In this document: piece after piece, positions 42,988-53,249 of the stretch
Numbering within the stretch: the stretch's first letter is position 1
Layout: each line of letters begins with the position of its first letter
Origin: an uncultured Actinomycetota bacterium
GTDB taxonomy: Bacteria; Actinomycetota; Actinomycetes; Propionibacteriales; Nocardioidaceae
DNA length: 64,000 nucleotides
Assembly (NCBI GenBank): GCA_963817665.1
Contig: CAWFPE010000009.1
Location: 15,049-79,048, forward strand
Reading direction: 5' to 3'
Program-made: the position numbers and the translations under genes
Notes under the pieces: generated by a model
What the model was told of the DNA's origin: nothing
Database searches by the model: none
Seen by the model: the letters and a program-made list of their open reading frames with translations, nothing else

Positions 42988-44064
42988 GTGGCTCTCACCA
43001 TCGGCATCGTCGGACTCCCCAACGCGGGCAAGTCGACCCTCTTCAACGCCCTGACCAAGAACGACGTCCTCGCGGCGAACTACCCGTTCGCCACCATCGA
43101 GCCGAACGTCGGTGTCGTGGGCGTCCCGGACGAGCGGCTGCCGAAGCTCGCGGAGGTCTTCGGATCGGCGAAGGTCCTGCCCGCGACCGTCGAGTTCGTC
43201 GACATCGCCGGGATCGTGGCCGGCGCGTCGCAGGGTGAGGGGCTGGGCAACAAGTTCCTCTCCCACATCCGCGAGTCCGCGGCCATCTGCCAGGTGACCC
43301 GGGTCTTCCGCGACGAGGACGTCACCCACGTCGACGGCGAGGTCAACCCCGGCAACGACATCTCCACCATCCAGACCGAGCTGATCCTCGCCGACCTGCA
43401 GACGGTCGAGAAGGCGATCCCGCGCCTGGAGAAGGAGGCGAAGGGGAAGAAGGAGCTGGCCCCGGTCGCCGCCGCGGCGAAGGAGGCCCTCGGCCACCTC
43501 GAGGCCGGTACGCCGATCATCGCGACGTCGGTGGACCGCTCGCTGGTCCGCGAGCTCTCGCTGCTCACCGCCAAGCCCTTCATCTACGTCTTCAACTGCG
43601 ACGCCGACGAGCTCGCCGACGAGGCGCTCAAGGAGAAGATGCGCGCGCTGGTCGCCCCCTCCGAGGCGATCTTCCTCGACGCCAAGTTCGAGGCCGAGCT
43701 GGTCGAGCTCGACGACGACGAGGAGGCCCGCGAGATGCTGGCCGAGATGGGCGTCACCGAGCCCGGCCTCGAGGTGCTGGCCCGGGTCGGCTTCGACACC
43801 CTCGGCCTGCAGACCTACCTGACCGCCGGTCCCAAGGAGACCCGCGCCTGGACGATCCCCCAGGGCGCCACCGCCCCCGAGGCCGCCGGCGTGATCCACA
43901 CCGACTTCCAGCGCGGGTTCATCAAGGCCGAGATCGTCTCCTTCGACGAGCTGATGGACGCCGGCTCCATGCAGAAGGCCAAGGAGGCCGGCAAGGTGCG
44001 CATGGAGGGCAAGGACTACGTCATGCAGGACGGCGACGTGGTGGAGTTCCGCTTCAACGTCTAG
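42988..44064 (+). CDS. ychF: Redox-regulated ATPase YchF
   Basis: GIVGLPNAGKSTLFNALT, DIAGIV, TGS-like C-terminus RMEGKDYVMQDGDVVEFRFNV. Confidence 0.93.
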   Translation: MALTIGIVGLPNAGKSTLFNALTKNDVLAANYPFATIEPNVGVVGVPDERLPKLAEVFGSAKVLPATVEFVDIAGIVAGASQGEGLGNKFLSHIRESAAICQVTRVFRDEDVTHVDGEVNPGNDISTIQTELILADLQTVEKAIPRLEKEAKGKKELAPVAAAAKEALGHLEAGTPIIATSVDRSLVRELSLLTAKPFIYVFNCDADELADEALKEKMRALVAPSEAIFLDAKFEAELVELDDDEEAREMLAEMGVTEPGLEVLARVGFDTLGLQTYLTAGPKETRAWTIPQGATAPEAAGVIHTDFQRGFIKAEIVSFDELMDAGSMQKAKEAGKVRMEGKDYVMQDGDVVEFRFNV

Positions 44065-44366
44065 CGCCGTTGACAATTGCTGGTGACTGTTGAGGATCCT
44101 CGCCGAATGAGGAGGCCGCAGTCCGCATTCGGTCCGCAAACTGACGGGCTGGACACTGCGCAACATCGGCGTCGAGTCGCTCGGTGCGCTCGACGTGTGC
44201 CGCGGTCCACGATGTCTTGCTGGCGGTGTACGGCTTGCGGACGACCAGCGGGCCTGGCCGAAAACGCGGCGCTCGGCCGCATTCGCCGAGAGCGTTGTGA
44301 CCCTGTCGAGTGGCGAGAGCAGTGCAGGGTGTGGGCGCCAACACCGCGTCGCGTGATTGCCAGCTG

Positions 44367-45119
44367 CTACGCGAAGATCCGTTCCAGCCCCAGTCGCAGC
44401 GCTGAGACGTCGGTGTCGACGGCGACGAGATCGGCCTGGGGCGCTACGGCGAGCAGTTCAGGTCTCCCTGCCATGAACCCCGCGATCTTGTTGGCTGCTC
44501 GGGCGAGGCTGATGACGTCTTGGAGTGCGTGGATGGTTTGGGGTGAGCTCGCGGCGGAGTAGCCGGCGGAGCTTGAGAGGTCGTAGGGGCCGAAGAAGAC
44601 TCCGTCGACTCCGGGGACGGCGAGGATGTCGGCGGCGTGGTCGAGGCCTGTTGCGGTTTCCACCATCGGCAGCACGAGCTGTTGGGCGGGCGCTCGAGTC
44701 ACACCGAGCGTCGATCGGCAGCCGCCGGTGCTGCGGGCACCGAACGGTGGAGTGCGGCATGCCGAGACGATGGCTCGGGCTTGGTCGGCCGACTCCACCA
44801 TGGGGACGATGACGCCGCTCACCCCTGCGTCCAGGATCCGGCAGAGTGATGCGGGGTCGTGGGAGTGCGTGCGGGCCAGCAGGGGTATTCCTGCGGATTC
44901 GGCGACGCGCAGGAGTCCGGGGAGGTCGTGCGGTTCGAAGTTGCCGTGCTGGAGGTCGACGCCGATCCAGTCGGCGCCGCAGTCTGTGGCGACCTCCAGA
45001 CCGTAGGGGTCCAGGAAGCTGAGCCACAGGCCGCGGCGGAGTCCATCACCTGAGCCGGCGGCAGCTGACTGGAGCGTTGTTCGGAGGTCTTGGGTCACGG
45101 TATTGCCGGGCTCAACCAT
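44367..45119 (-). CDS. HpcH/HpaI-family aldolase
   Basis: DWIGVDLQHG, VPMVESADQA, MVETATGL, FFGPYDL motifs. Confidence 0.75.
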   Translation of the reverse strand: MVEPGNTVTQDLRTTLQSAAAGSGDGLRRGLWLSFLDPYGLEVATDCGADWIGVDLQHGNFEPHDLPGLLRVAESAGIPLLARTHSHDPASLCRILDAGVSGVIVPMVESADQARAIVSACRTPPFGARSTGGCRSTLGVTRAPAQQLVLPMVETATGLDHAADILAVPGVDGVFFGPYDLSSSAGYSAASSPQTIHALQDVISLARAANKIAGFMAGRPELLAVAPQADLVAVDTDVSALRLGLERIFA

Positions 45120-45164
45120 GTCTGGGTCGTCCTTGCTGTGGAGTGTGTGCTCGTGCCGTGTCAG

Positions 45165-45551
45165 TCAGTGGGGGAGGCGGGCGACCAGCTCGATTTCGAC
45201 GGCGATCCCGAGGGGCAGCCCGGCGACCCCGATGGTGGTCCGGGCCGGATAGGGCTCGGCGAAGTTCTCGGCATAGAGGGCGTTGACCACTGGGAAGTCG
45301 TCGAGATTGGTGAGGTAGATGTTCGCCTTGAGAACGTCGTCGAAGGTCGCACCTGCCGAGCTGAGAACGGCGCGGAGGTTGGAGAACACCTGACGGGTCT
45401 GCGCTTCGATGCCACCCTCGACAACGGTCCCGGTCTCGGGGTCCAGCGGCGCCTGCCCGGATAGGAAGAGCCATTCGCCGTGCCGGACCGCATGGGAGTA
45501 GGGGCCGACGGCCGCGGGTGCGGACAGTGCGTGTACGGCTTCTCGAGTCAT
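45165..45551 (-). CDS. RidA/YjgF family reactive-intermediate deaminase
   Basis: PAAVGPYSHAV, LFLSGQ, ARTTIGVAGLPLGIAVEIE. Confidence 0.88.
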   Translation of the reverse strand: MTREAVHALSAPAAVGPYSHAVRHGEWLFLSGQAPLDPETGTVVEGGIEAQTRQVFSNLRAVLSSAGATFDDVLKANIYLTNLDDFPVVNALYAENFAEPYPARTTIGVAGLPLGIAVEIELVARLPH

Positions 45552-45655
45552 GGCTAGATCGTAGATCAACCTTCATAATGTGACTAGGCTGGCCATCTAG
45601 TTCGCTATTATGTGTGCATGAAAGCCACTGTGACCGTTGAATGTAAGATCGCAAC

Positions 45656-46246
45656 ATGAACGGGGTTGCTTCGGATCCATCGGTGGGCGCGTGGTCGTTG
45701 GATGTGGTGGACACACAGTTGCTCGCGCTGTTGGCTGCCGATGCTCGGATGTCGCTGCGCAGTCTGGGCGCAGCGGTGGGCTTGTCGGGGCCCTCGGTCG
45801 CGGATCGGATCGCTCGGCTGACCGAGCGAGGGGTGATCCGCGGGTTCACGGTGGACATCGATTGGGCCAGTCTGGGGCTGCCCACGCTGGCCCACATCTC
45901 GCTCCTGACCGACAAGACGAGTCACATCGAGCAGATCGTCGACGAACTGCGCAGCATCGACCGGGTGGAGGAGATCTCGATCGTCACCGGTTCGACCGAC
46001 CTGCTGGTGCGGGCACGCGTCGCCGACCTGACCGAGCTGCGCCAACTCCTGGTCGAGCACATCTGGCCCATCGCAGGAATCCAGCGGGTCGAGACCACGC
46101 TGGCGGTGGAGACCGTACGGGCGCCGCGCTTCGTCACCGGGCTGTTGGAACAGGGCCCAGCGAGCCGAACGGACGGATCGCCCGCGTCAAGGATCAACGC
46201 CGCCCGCGGACCTGCCTCGGAGGAATCTCATGACCAGACACCCTGA
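45656..46246 (+). CDS. Lrp/AsnC family transcriptional regulator
   Basis: LDVVDTQLLALLAADARMSLRSLGAAVGLSGPSVADRIARLTERGVI. C-terminal RAM-like domain. Confidence 0.85.
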   Translation: MNGVASDPSVGAWSLDVVDTQLLALLAADARMSLRSLGAAVGLSGPSVADRIARLTERGVIRGFTVDIDWASLGLPTLAHISLLTDKTSHIEQIVDELRSIDRVEEISIVTGSTDLLVRARVADLTELRQLLVEHIWPIAGIQRVETTLAVETVRAPRFVTGLLEQGPASRTDGSPASRINAARGPASEESHDQTP

Positions 46247-47105
46247 TGTGCGGCGCTATGCGGCGTTCAGCGATGACCCGGCCGGCGGCAATCCGGCGGG
46301 GGTGGTCCTCGACGCCTCGCACCTGACCGCGGAGCGGATGCAACAGGTTGCCGCCGAGGTCGGCTACAGCGAGACCGCGTTCGTGACCGGACCCATCGAA
46401 GGCGACGGCACGGGAGGAGCGATCCCCATCCGCTACTTCGCACCCGAGGGCGAAGTCGACTTCTGCGGCCACGCAACGATCGCCACCGCGGTGGCCATCG
46501 GCCAGCTCGCCGGCGCCGGCACCTACACCCTGCAGACCAAGGTCGGTCCGATCGAGATCACCGCCAGCCTCGAAGGCGACCGGGCAGCCGGGACGCTGCG
46601 CAGCCCCGCTGTCGACTGCTTCCCTCTGGCCGAGGAGCTGCTCGCCGAGCTGCTGGCGGCGCTGGGATGGTCCGCCCACGACCTCGCCCCCGACCTGCCG
46701 CCGGCCGTCGGCTTCGGCGGAAACCACCACCCGGTCCTGGTCGCCCACGACCTCCACAGGCTCGCCACGCTGTCCTACGACTTCGATGCAGTCCAACGGC
46801 TCTGCCGCGCCCACGACTGGGTGACGGTGCAACTGGTGGCCTCGACTGGCCGCGGGGCCTGGCGAGCGAGAGACCCCTTCCCCTGGGCCGGCGTCGTCGA
46901 GGACCCCGCCACCGGTGCCGCCGCCGCAGCCTTCGCCGGCTACCTGCGCGCACACGGCCGCGCAGCCACCGGCGACACCTTCGTCATCACCCAGGGCGTC
47001 GAGATGGGGCGCCCCAGCCGCATCGAGGTCGAGCTGCTCGACCGGGCAGCCCTGATCAGTGGATCCGCTGTCCCCATCGAAGACGACGCCACCACCAGTC
47101 GCTAG
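46230..47105 (+). CDS. PhzF family isomerase
   Basis: GGNPAGVV, YSETAF, FCGHATIA, TQGVEMGRPS. Confidence 0.85.
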   Translation: MTRHPDVRRYAAFSDDPAGGNPAGVVLDASHLTAERMQQVAAEVGYSETAFVTGPIEGDGTGGAIPIRYFAPEGEVDFCGHATIATAVAIGQLAGAGTYTLQTKVGPIEITASLEGDRAAGTLRSPAVDCFPLAEELLAELLAALGWSAHDLAPDLPPAVGFGGNHHPVLVAHDLHRLATLSYDFDAVQRLCRAHDWVTVQLVASTGRGAWRARDPFPWAGVVEDPATGAAAAAFAGYLRAHGRAATGDTFVITQGVEMGRPSRIEVELLDRAALISGSAVPIEDDATTSR

Positions 47106-47220
47106 GCGCACGTCCTGGGGTTCGGCTGACCACCAGACTCACTCCAGGGCCGATCGGCTTCCGGCGAGCGGGCCGACCGAGTTGACCGTCGATCAGGAGG
47201 GCGGTGGTCCTGGTCCCGTT

Positions 47221-47439
47221 GCAGCAGAGTTCAGCCTTACCCATCGTGCCGACCTGGCGTCATGGGCACGGCTCGGGCCGCGGTGGGTTTGGCACCCGGC
47301 GAATGTCGGCACGCCGCCCATGCTCGAAGGCATGACCGCCGAACGCCACGAGTTGCAGTTCCCTCATGTGGCGGTCTACGTAGTGCGTGACGACCGAATC
47401 GACGTGCTCGCCCTGTTGGGTGCGCGACCCAGCATGGAT
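47221..47439 (+). pseudogene. ParE/RelE-like toxin remnant with no clear start, stop or antitoxin
   Basis: ADLASW...RHELQFPHVAVYVVRDDRIDVLALLGARPSMD resembles the ParE C-terminal pattern. Confidence 0.3.
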
Positions 47440-47700
47440 CGAGGCAACGGTCTCCGAGCGCGGCGGCGAGTAGACCGCGGTCCGCAAATAGTCCGCAGCG
47501 AGGCGTTGTGGTGCCCCAGCCGCTCAGCCACCGCCACGACCGACTCGATCTGGGCCAGCAGGACCGAGGCGACGCACCGGCCTCAATCTGTGGACAGCCG
47601 GCTCAACCAGACGAGCCGGGGGCGCTCCCGGGAGCCCGGCGGGGGTCGCTCCGAAACGCACTCACTCGCAGCCGATGTGTGTGAGGCCGCTCGGTGAGGC

Positions 47701-48075
47701 CTACTCGAAGCTTTGCTGGTGGAACGCCAGCCTCCATTCACCATCACGCCGGACGAAGGTGCTGCTCACGACCGCGGAGAACGGTTCTTGGCCTTCACGC
47801 TGGGCCGTCACCGCGTACACGACAACACCACAGTCCGGATCCAACGGGATGACTCGCGGCTCCTTCATGTCGTAGCGGGACCACGGCTGGGCGGTCCCCA
47901 TCGCGCTGAGCGCCTCTTCTCGATCCATGAGTCCGAAGGGAAAGGCCATCAGCGCGTCCTCAACCAGATGCCGCCGGTAGTACCCGACCGCATCGTCCGA
48001 GCACAGCGCCTCCCACCCGCGCCGCTCGACCTCAATCAGCTCTTGTGCCAGAGACTCAGGGGACATGACTGCCAT
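47701..48075 (-). CDS. SnoaL-like / DUF4440 (NTF2 fold) protein
   Basis: IEVERRGWEAL start and VRRDGEWRLAFHQQS end are typical of the fold. Confidence 0.7.
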   Translation of the reverse strand: MAVMSPESLAQELIEVERRGWEALCSDDAVGYYRRHLVEDALMAFPFGLMDREEALSAMGTAQPWSRYDMKEPRVIPLDPDCGVVVYAVTAQREGQEPFSAVVSSTFVRRDGEWRLAFHQQSFE

Positions 48076-48103
48076 GTTAGGCAGGCGCTACGACTGGCAC
48101 AGC

Positions 48104-48134
48104 AACGTCCTCACATAGCCGAGTTGAGGACGTT
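48104..48134. promoter_or_regulatory. Perfect 10-bp inverted repeat aacgtcctca/tgaggacgtt with an 11-nt spacer
   Basis: Lies in the divergent intergenic region 48076-48285. Confidence 0.4.
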
Positions 48135-48207
48135 CAGGAGTGCCCTCGCGGGCCGGGCCCGGACCGGTCCATCGCGGCCAGTCGTCGCGGCCGAGGTCTG
48201 GAATAGC

Positions 48208-48228
48208 CATCACCCCCTCGGGGTGATG
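48208..48228. promoter_or_regulatory. GC-rich 9-bp stem, 3-nt loop hairpin catcacccc-ctc-ggggtgatg
   Basis: Read directly. Lies 58 nt upstream of ATG 48286. Confidence 0.4.
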
Positions 48229-48285
48229 CCCGCCGATGCCCGCTTGGCCAGAGTGAACAGTACGGAGCGAGACGAGGAGGCTGAC

Positions 48286-48564
48286 ATGGCGGACCGGGAA
48301 GGACTCACGCAGGGGTTCGCAGTGAAGACGGGGCCCTTGGTGGCTGGGGCGGCGATGATCGGCGTGGGCAGTCTGCTGGGCCTGGCCGGACTGGCGATCA
48401 GCGGTGCGACGCTGGCGGCCGCCGCGCGTCGGTATGTCAACAACATGGAGGTGCCACCCAGCGAGCGGGCGCGGCAGCAGCTCGCGAAGGCCAGGGCCGC
48501 GGCCAGCGCCGGGGCCGATGCTTGGCGGAACGGAACCCCCCAGCACGTGGGCAGCGCCCCCTGA
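48286..48564 (+). CDS. Small membrane protein, hypothetical (92 aa)
   Basis: RBS gaggagg. TM segment GPLVAGAAMIGVGSLLGLAGLAISGATLAAAA. Confidence 0.5.
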   Translation: MADREGLTQGFAVKTGPLVAGAAMIGVGSLLGLAGLAISGATLAAAARRYVNNMEVPPSERARQQLAKARAAASAGADAWRNGTPQHVGSAP

Positions 48565-48836
48565 CCGGTGGCGTCTAGGACCGCCATACGGCGATCGGGG
48601 CCCACATCGAGGCGACGCATGGCACGGCCAGGGTTGAACCGCGCTCATTTAGCCGCGTTGAGGGCGGACGCCCGACCATGCCGCGGACAGTGAAAGGGTG
48701 CTCGTGTCGATGACAGGGCGAGAGTTGACCGGGTGCCTATCGAAGGCCACGCAAGTTCTCGCGTTCGTTCGGGCTGGGAGACCGCCGATCTGACAGAGTC
48801 CCCATCACGGAGACGTTCGAAAGGACCCACGAGCAC

Positions 48837-49238
48837 ATGGCACTTCGGTGGTACACGCTGGTTGTCGACTGCCAGGACGTGAGAAAGCAGGCGTCGTGGT
48901 GGGCACAGGCACTCGACTGGACCGTCATCCACGAGTCAGACAGGGAATGCGTGATCGTCCCCGCTTGGGCCGACGAGACAGTGATCGCACAGACGCCCTG
49001 GGAGCGGGTCGGCCCCGGGATGGTCTTTGTTCCGGTCGCTGAGGGCAAGTCCGTCAAGAACCGCTTGCACATCGACCTCGCCCCCCACATGAGCCAGGAC
49101 CGCGACGCGGAGATCGAGCGTCTCGAACGCCTCGGCGCCACACGCATGAACGTGGGTCAGTCCGATGCCGCGACCTGGACGGTGCTGGCCGACCCGGAGG
49201 GCAACGAGTTCTGCGTGCTCAGCTCTCGGGAGACCTAA
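48837..49238 (+). CDS. VOC (glyoxalase/bleomycin-resistance fold) family protein
   Basis: NRLHIDL and DPEGNEFCVL motifs. Confidence 0.8.
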   Translation: MALRWYTLVVDCQDVRKQASWWAQALDWTVIHESDRECVIVPAWADETVIAQTPWERVGPGMVFVPVAEGKSVKNRLHIDLAPHMSQDRDAEIERLERLGATRMNVGQSDAATWTVLADPEGNEFCVLSSRET

Positions 49239-49323
49239 CCCCCGGAGCCTCACCGGACGCGCGGCAACGGACGTCCGGATTTGCATGTTATGTGGGTGAT
49301 CTTCATGACAATTCGATAGCGTC

Positions 49324-50415
49324 ATGGTGGCCTGTCGGCGTGGAGTGGAGGTTCCTCAGGATGTCTGTGCTCGAGCCGTGTCTGATAAGTTCGAAGAACC
49401 GTCCGGCGAGGTGGTGGTGCGGCTGGGTGTGCCGGTGCTGGACGGGTATCTGGAGTTCGCGGCGAGTCGGTGCCGGCCGAACACGGTGTTGGCGATCGCC
49501 TATGACCTGAAGGTGTTCTTCGCGGTGGTCGGCACGGCACCGGCGGAGGTGACCGCTGCGGATGTGCTGGGCTTTGTCACCGCGCAGTGCAACGGCGGCA
49601 GCGGCCGGTTGCAGTTGGCGACGGGGGCGAGGGCGGGGTGTCGGCGCGGACGGTGCGGCGGCGGTTGTCGATCGTGTCGGGTCTGTTCGCCTATCTGCAC
49701 GCGCGTGGGGACGTGCCGGCGAATCCGGTGCCGCGGGGACTGCCCACGCGGCGGGAGCGGCTGCGGCCGCGGCAGACGGTGCCGCTGGTGCGGCGTGCCC
49801 CGGACGCTGCCGCGGATCTTGGCGCCGGGCGAGGTGGATGCGCTGTTGGCGGCGCTGCGCACGCGCCGGGACCGGGCGATGGTGACTGCGATGGTGTTGG
49901 GCGGGTTGCGCCGTTGCGAGGTGCTCGGGTTGCGGTTGGAGGATCTGCAGGTGGCGCAGCGGCGGCTGTTCATCGCCGCGGGTAAGGGTGGGCGGCAGCG
50001 GATCGTGCCGATCTCGGCGCGGTTCTTCACCGCCGTCGCCGGCTACCTTGACCTCGAGCGGCCACTGAACGCCCAGACGGATGGGGTGTTCGTGGTGCTG
50101 AAAGGCGCGCGCCGCGGGCAGCCGCTATCGGCTTACGGCGTCGATGAAATCCTCGATGGCGCCAGGCGGCGGGCCGGGTTGGCGCATGCGTCGTGTCACG
50201 AACTGCGGCACACGTGTTTGACCCGGTTGCGGGAGGCCGGGATGGCCCTGGAGGCGGTGCAGGCCCAGGCCGGGCATGCTTCGATCGAATCGACCCGCAT
50301 CTACCTGCACCTGGCCGATGACTGGCTGGCCGGGCAGTACCGGCGCGCGGCCGAGGCAATCGACGCGCAGGTCTTCGCCGACCACCCGGTCTCGAATGCC
50401 GGGAGTCGACGGTGA
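49324..50415 (+). pseudogene. Tyrosine recombinase/integrase, central segment out of frame (shifts at 49621-49627 and 49797-49800)
   Basis: Catalytic HELRHTC...GHASIESTRIYLH. The core-binding part SARTVRRRLSIVSGLFAYLHARGDVPANP is in the frame of ORF 49587..49985. Confidence 0.8.
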
Positions 50416-51685
50416 GCGGGCCGCTGCTGCTGCCGCGCTGGGACGAGCTCGCGGCCGCGCAGCCGGGTCTGGTGGGCACGATGCGCCGCTACCTGACCCA
50501 GCTCGAGTGCGTGCTACGCCCGGGCAGCGTCCGCAACGCTGACCAGGCGCTGCGCGCCTTCGCCGCGTTCCTCACCGAAGGCCACCCCGAGGTGACCACG
50601 ATCGCCGCGGTGGGTCGCAGGCACATCGAGCAGTACAAGCCGTGGCTGGCCGCCCGCCCCGGGCAGAAGGTGCCCCGGGTGACCGCGGCCACCATCGCCC
50701 ACCGGCTGGGCACGCTGCGGATGTTCTTCATCCGGATCGAGGAGTGGGGCTGGGACGAGGCCCCGCCGCGGGTGCCGATCCTGCTCGGTGACGTGCCCCG
50801 CCAAGACCACCCACTGCCCAAGGCCCTCGACGACGCCGCAGCGGGCAAGCTGCTGCGCGCGGCCCGCAACGACCGCAAGCTGCTGGTGCGGGTGAGCGTG
50901 GAGATGCTGCTGCGCACCGGGATGCGGGTCGGCGAGTACACCGCGTTACCCGCCGACGCGGTGGTGCAGATCGGCGCCGGCGCGTGGCTGCACGTGCCGG
51001 TCGGCAAACTGCGCGAGGACCGCTACCTGCCGCTGCACCCAGACCTCGTGCAACTGATCGACGACTACCGAGACCGCTACGTCGCAGCGAACAATCCCCT
51101 GCTGCTACCGAGGGAAAACGGGACACCGCTGGACCGGCACTCGGTCACCCGGCACCTCAACCGGGCCGGCGCCGCGGCCGGGCTGGGCCATATCCACCCT
51201 CACCAACTCCGGCATACTCTCGCGACCCAGGCCGTGAACCGAGGCATGTCACTGGAAGCGATCGCGGCCCTGCTCGGTCATCGCCGCCTCGACCAGGTCC
51301 TGCGCTACGCCAAGATCGCCAACCGGGCCGTCGCCGACGAATACTTCGCCGTCAGCGAGAAAGTCGAAGCCCTCTACGGCCAACCCCAGACCCTACCCGC
51401 CGACGCGCTCGGCGCCCGAGATGGCCCGGCTGCGCCGCGACCACTTCCGGCTACTCGGCAACGGCTACTGCGCCCGCCCCGTCGAACTGGACTGCGCCTT
51501 CGAATCGATCTGCGAGAACTGCGCCTACTTCCAGACCAGCATCGAGTTCCGTCCCACCCTGCAAGCCCAACACGACGACGCCGCGGCCAAGGGCCAACAC
51601 CACCGGGCGACTCTTCGACCGGCTGCTCACCGACCTCACGAAGGCGAAGCATCATGAACGAGCCGACTCCGATCACCGTGCATAA
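50412..51685 (+). pseudogene. Second tyrosine recombinase, two C-terminal frameshifts (about 51416 and 51595)
   Basis: LRTGMRVGE, HQLRHTLAT, LLGHRRLDQVLRYA. Cys-rich tail GNGYCARPVELDCAFESICENCAYFQT is in ORF 51421..51657. The GTG start overlaps the upstream stop. Confidence 0.8.
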
Positions 51686-51735
51686 TGCCGCGATCCGCGC
51701 GCGGACATGCCGGTGAGCGCTGTCAGGACGGCACG

Positions 51736-52277
51736 CTAGTCGGCACTTGCGGGGCGTTCGCCCTCCGGGCGAATGAGCACCTCGAAACCCCGTCCGTCAC
51801 TTGCGGCGTTGAAGTGACCGACGCGACGGAAGCCAAGAGACTCAACGACACGAAGGGCACGTGCGTTGAATGTAGCCACGGTCACGCGAAATGCCTGGGG
51901 CGCGAACTCTGCCCGACCGAACGCCAAGACAGCAGAGATGGCATGACGTCCGAGCCCTGTCCAACGAGTTGGGGTCGCAGGCCCTCGGCTGGGTAGAGGG
52001 CCTGGTCGTCATAGGTCCAACCAGGCACTTGACCGTCAGCGCCGAACGAGCGGAAGCCGATCAGTTGGTTGTCAGCCAACAGGGCATGGAAACCGGCTTC
52101 CGGTTGCAGCAGCCAGTCCGGATCTGCGTCTTGCATGTCGTAGCACTCGTAGGGCGGGGCAAACCGCCAGGTGCAGATGTCCACTGCGTGCTCTCGGGTC
52201 AGCGGGGCGACCTGCATGGAAGGGAACCACTGAGCCGATGATTCGTTCGATGAACGCGGATTGAGGCTCATGGCCAC
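51736..52277 (-). pseudogene. GNAT family N-acetyltransferase, one frameshift near 51955
   Basis: ORFs 51882..52277 and 51736..51927 join as LRPQLVGQGLGRHAISAVLAFGRAEF (Q/RxxGxG/A motif). Confidence 0.65.
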
Positions 52278-52374
52278 AACTAGTGCGCAGAGCCGAAGGT
52301 CGAACGGCCGGTCATGGCCGCTGTCCGCGCGCTCACTCGTGCCGATGTCCGTGTGAGCGCGTCATGCTGTTCGC

Positions 52375-52896
52375 ATGACGGACGACGACGATTGGCAGCG
52401 CCTCATCGAAGCGCTCGATGGCTGGACGTCCGCCTCGGCAACTGCCGCAGGCCGGATCGAAGTCTCTTTGCCTGACGACAGGGGCGGCGGTCAAGCGGTG
52501 ATCGTGATGAGCCAGGACGAGTGGGACGACATGGTGGGCGTCATGTGGGGGTCCTTCGCCGATGCCGTCTCCGACGTGAAGAGGAGCCTCCAACGCCTCC
52601 AGCCTCATGAGCGTTTCGCGGTCTACTCGCAGTATCGGTTGGAGGGATCCACGACTCCGACGTTGCCTTCCACGCCCGGTCCCGCGCCCGAGGCGGGTGG
52701 TGAGTGGGGGACGCTCGACCGAGAAGGTCGCGTCACCAGCCGGTTCAGCGAGTGGTCGGATCCCACCGAACCCGCCGGCTGCGCCGGCGCGCGCTCCGCT
52801 CCTTCGGGGCCCCGCGCTGCGGGCGGCGCTGGCGCGCCGTCCTCGCGCACCCCGACCGCTGCGCGCGAGAAGAAGCCCCGACCCCCTGACGAATGA
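52375..52896 (+). CDS. Hypothetical protein (acidic N-terminal domain, low-complexity Pro/Ala/Gly tail)
   Basis: ORF only. No recognised family. Confidence 0.4.
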   Translation: MTDDDDWQRLIEALDGWTSASATAAGRIEVSLPDDRGGGQAVIVMSQDEWDDMVGVMWGSFADAVSDVKRSLQRLQPHERFAVYSQYRLEGSTTPTLPSTPGPAPEAGGEWGTLDREGRVTSRFSEWSDPTEPAGCAGARSAPSGPRAAGGAGAPSSRTPTAAREKKPRPPDE

Positions 52897-53226
52897 GAGT
52901 CCGGCCGTCGACCGGAGCGTCAAGGGCGCTTCGCGTCGCTTCGCGATCGAGCAGGCTCGACCCTTGACCCACCGGCCGCCGACCAAGTTGCGTGCTGGTT
53001 GTCAGGGGGCCGGGGCAGATACGGCCGCCACTTGGGGCACAAGTGGGGCACGCGGGCCGCTCATCCGGCGGCAGCCCGCGTCAGCTACAAACAAGTCATC
53101 AAGTCGCTGACCAGCGCAAACGACGGGCCTGCACTAGCTCGCACCCCCCGGTCGCAGTTCCGCTTCAACGTGTGAGTCGGACCGGTTGCGCGCGGAGCCG
53201 TTGACTGTCAATATAATGGAGGATAA

Positions 53227-53249
53227 CCTCAGTTATATGAGAACTGAGG
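53227..53249. promoter_or_regulatory. Perfect 8-bp inverted repeat cctcagtt/aactgagg bracketing the ATG of the MNT gene
   Basis: Arms at 53227-53234 and 53242-53249, ATG at 53237. An AT-rich tataat lies at 53212-53217. Confidence 0.45.

Noticed and set aside
44065-44366. 300-bp gap after ychF with ORFs 44054..44344, 44061..44282 and 44077..44562
   Set aside because: None has an RBS, codon bias or a recognisable family. I treat it as non-coding island-edge sequence with two short hairpins.
44071-49313. Shared AT-rich 8-mer tgacaatt at 44071-44078 and 49306-49313 as possible att direct repeats
   Set aside because: It is only 8 nt and both contain a TTGACA/TGACA -35-like hexamer. There is no extended identity around them.
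52818-52860. Possible degenerate extra copy of the 146-bp repeat inside the hypothetical ORF 52375..52896
   Set aside because: The similarity is limited to ggcgctggcgcgcc plus scattered matches, which is too weak to call without alignment statistics.
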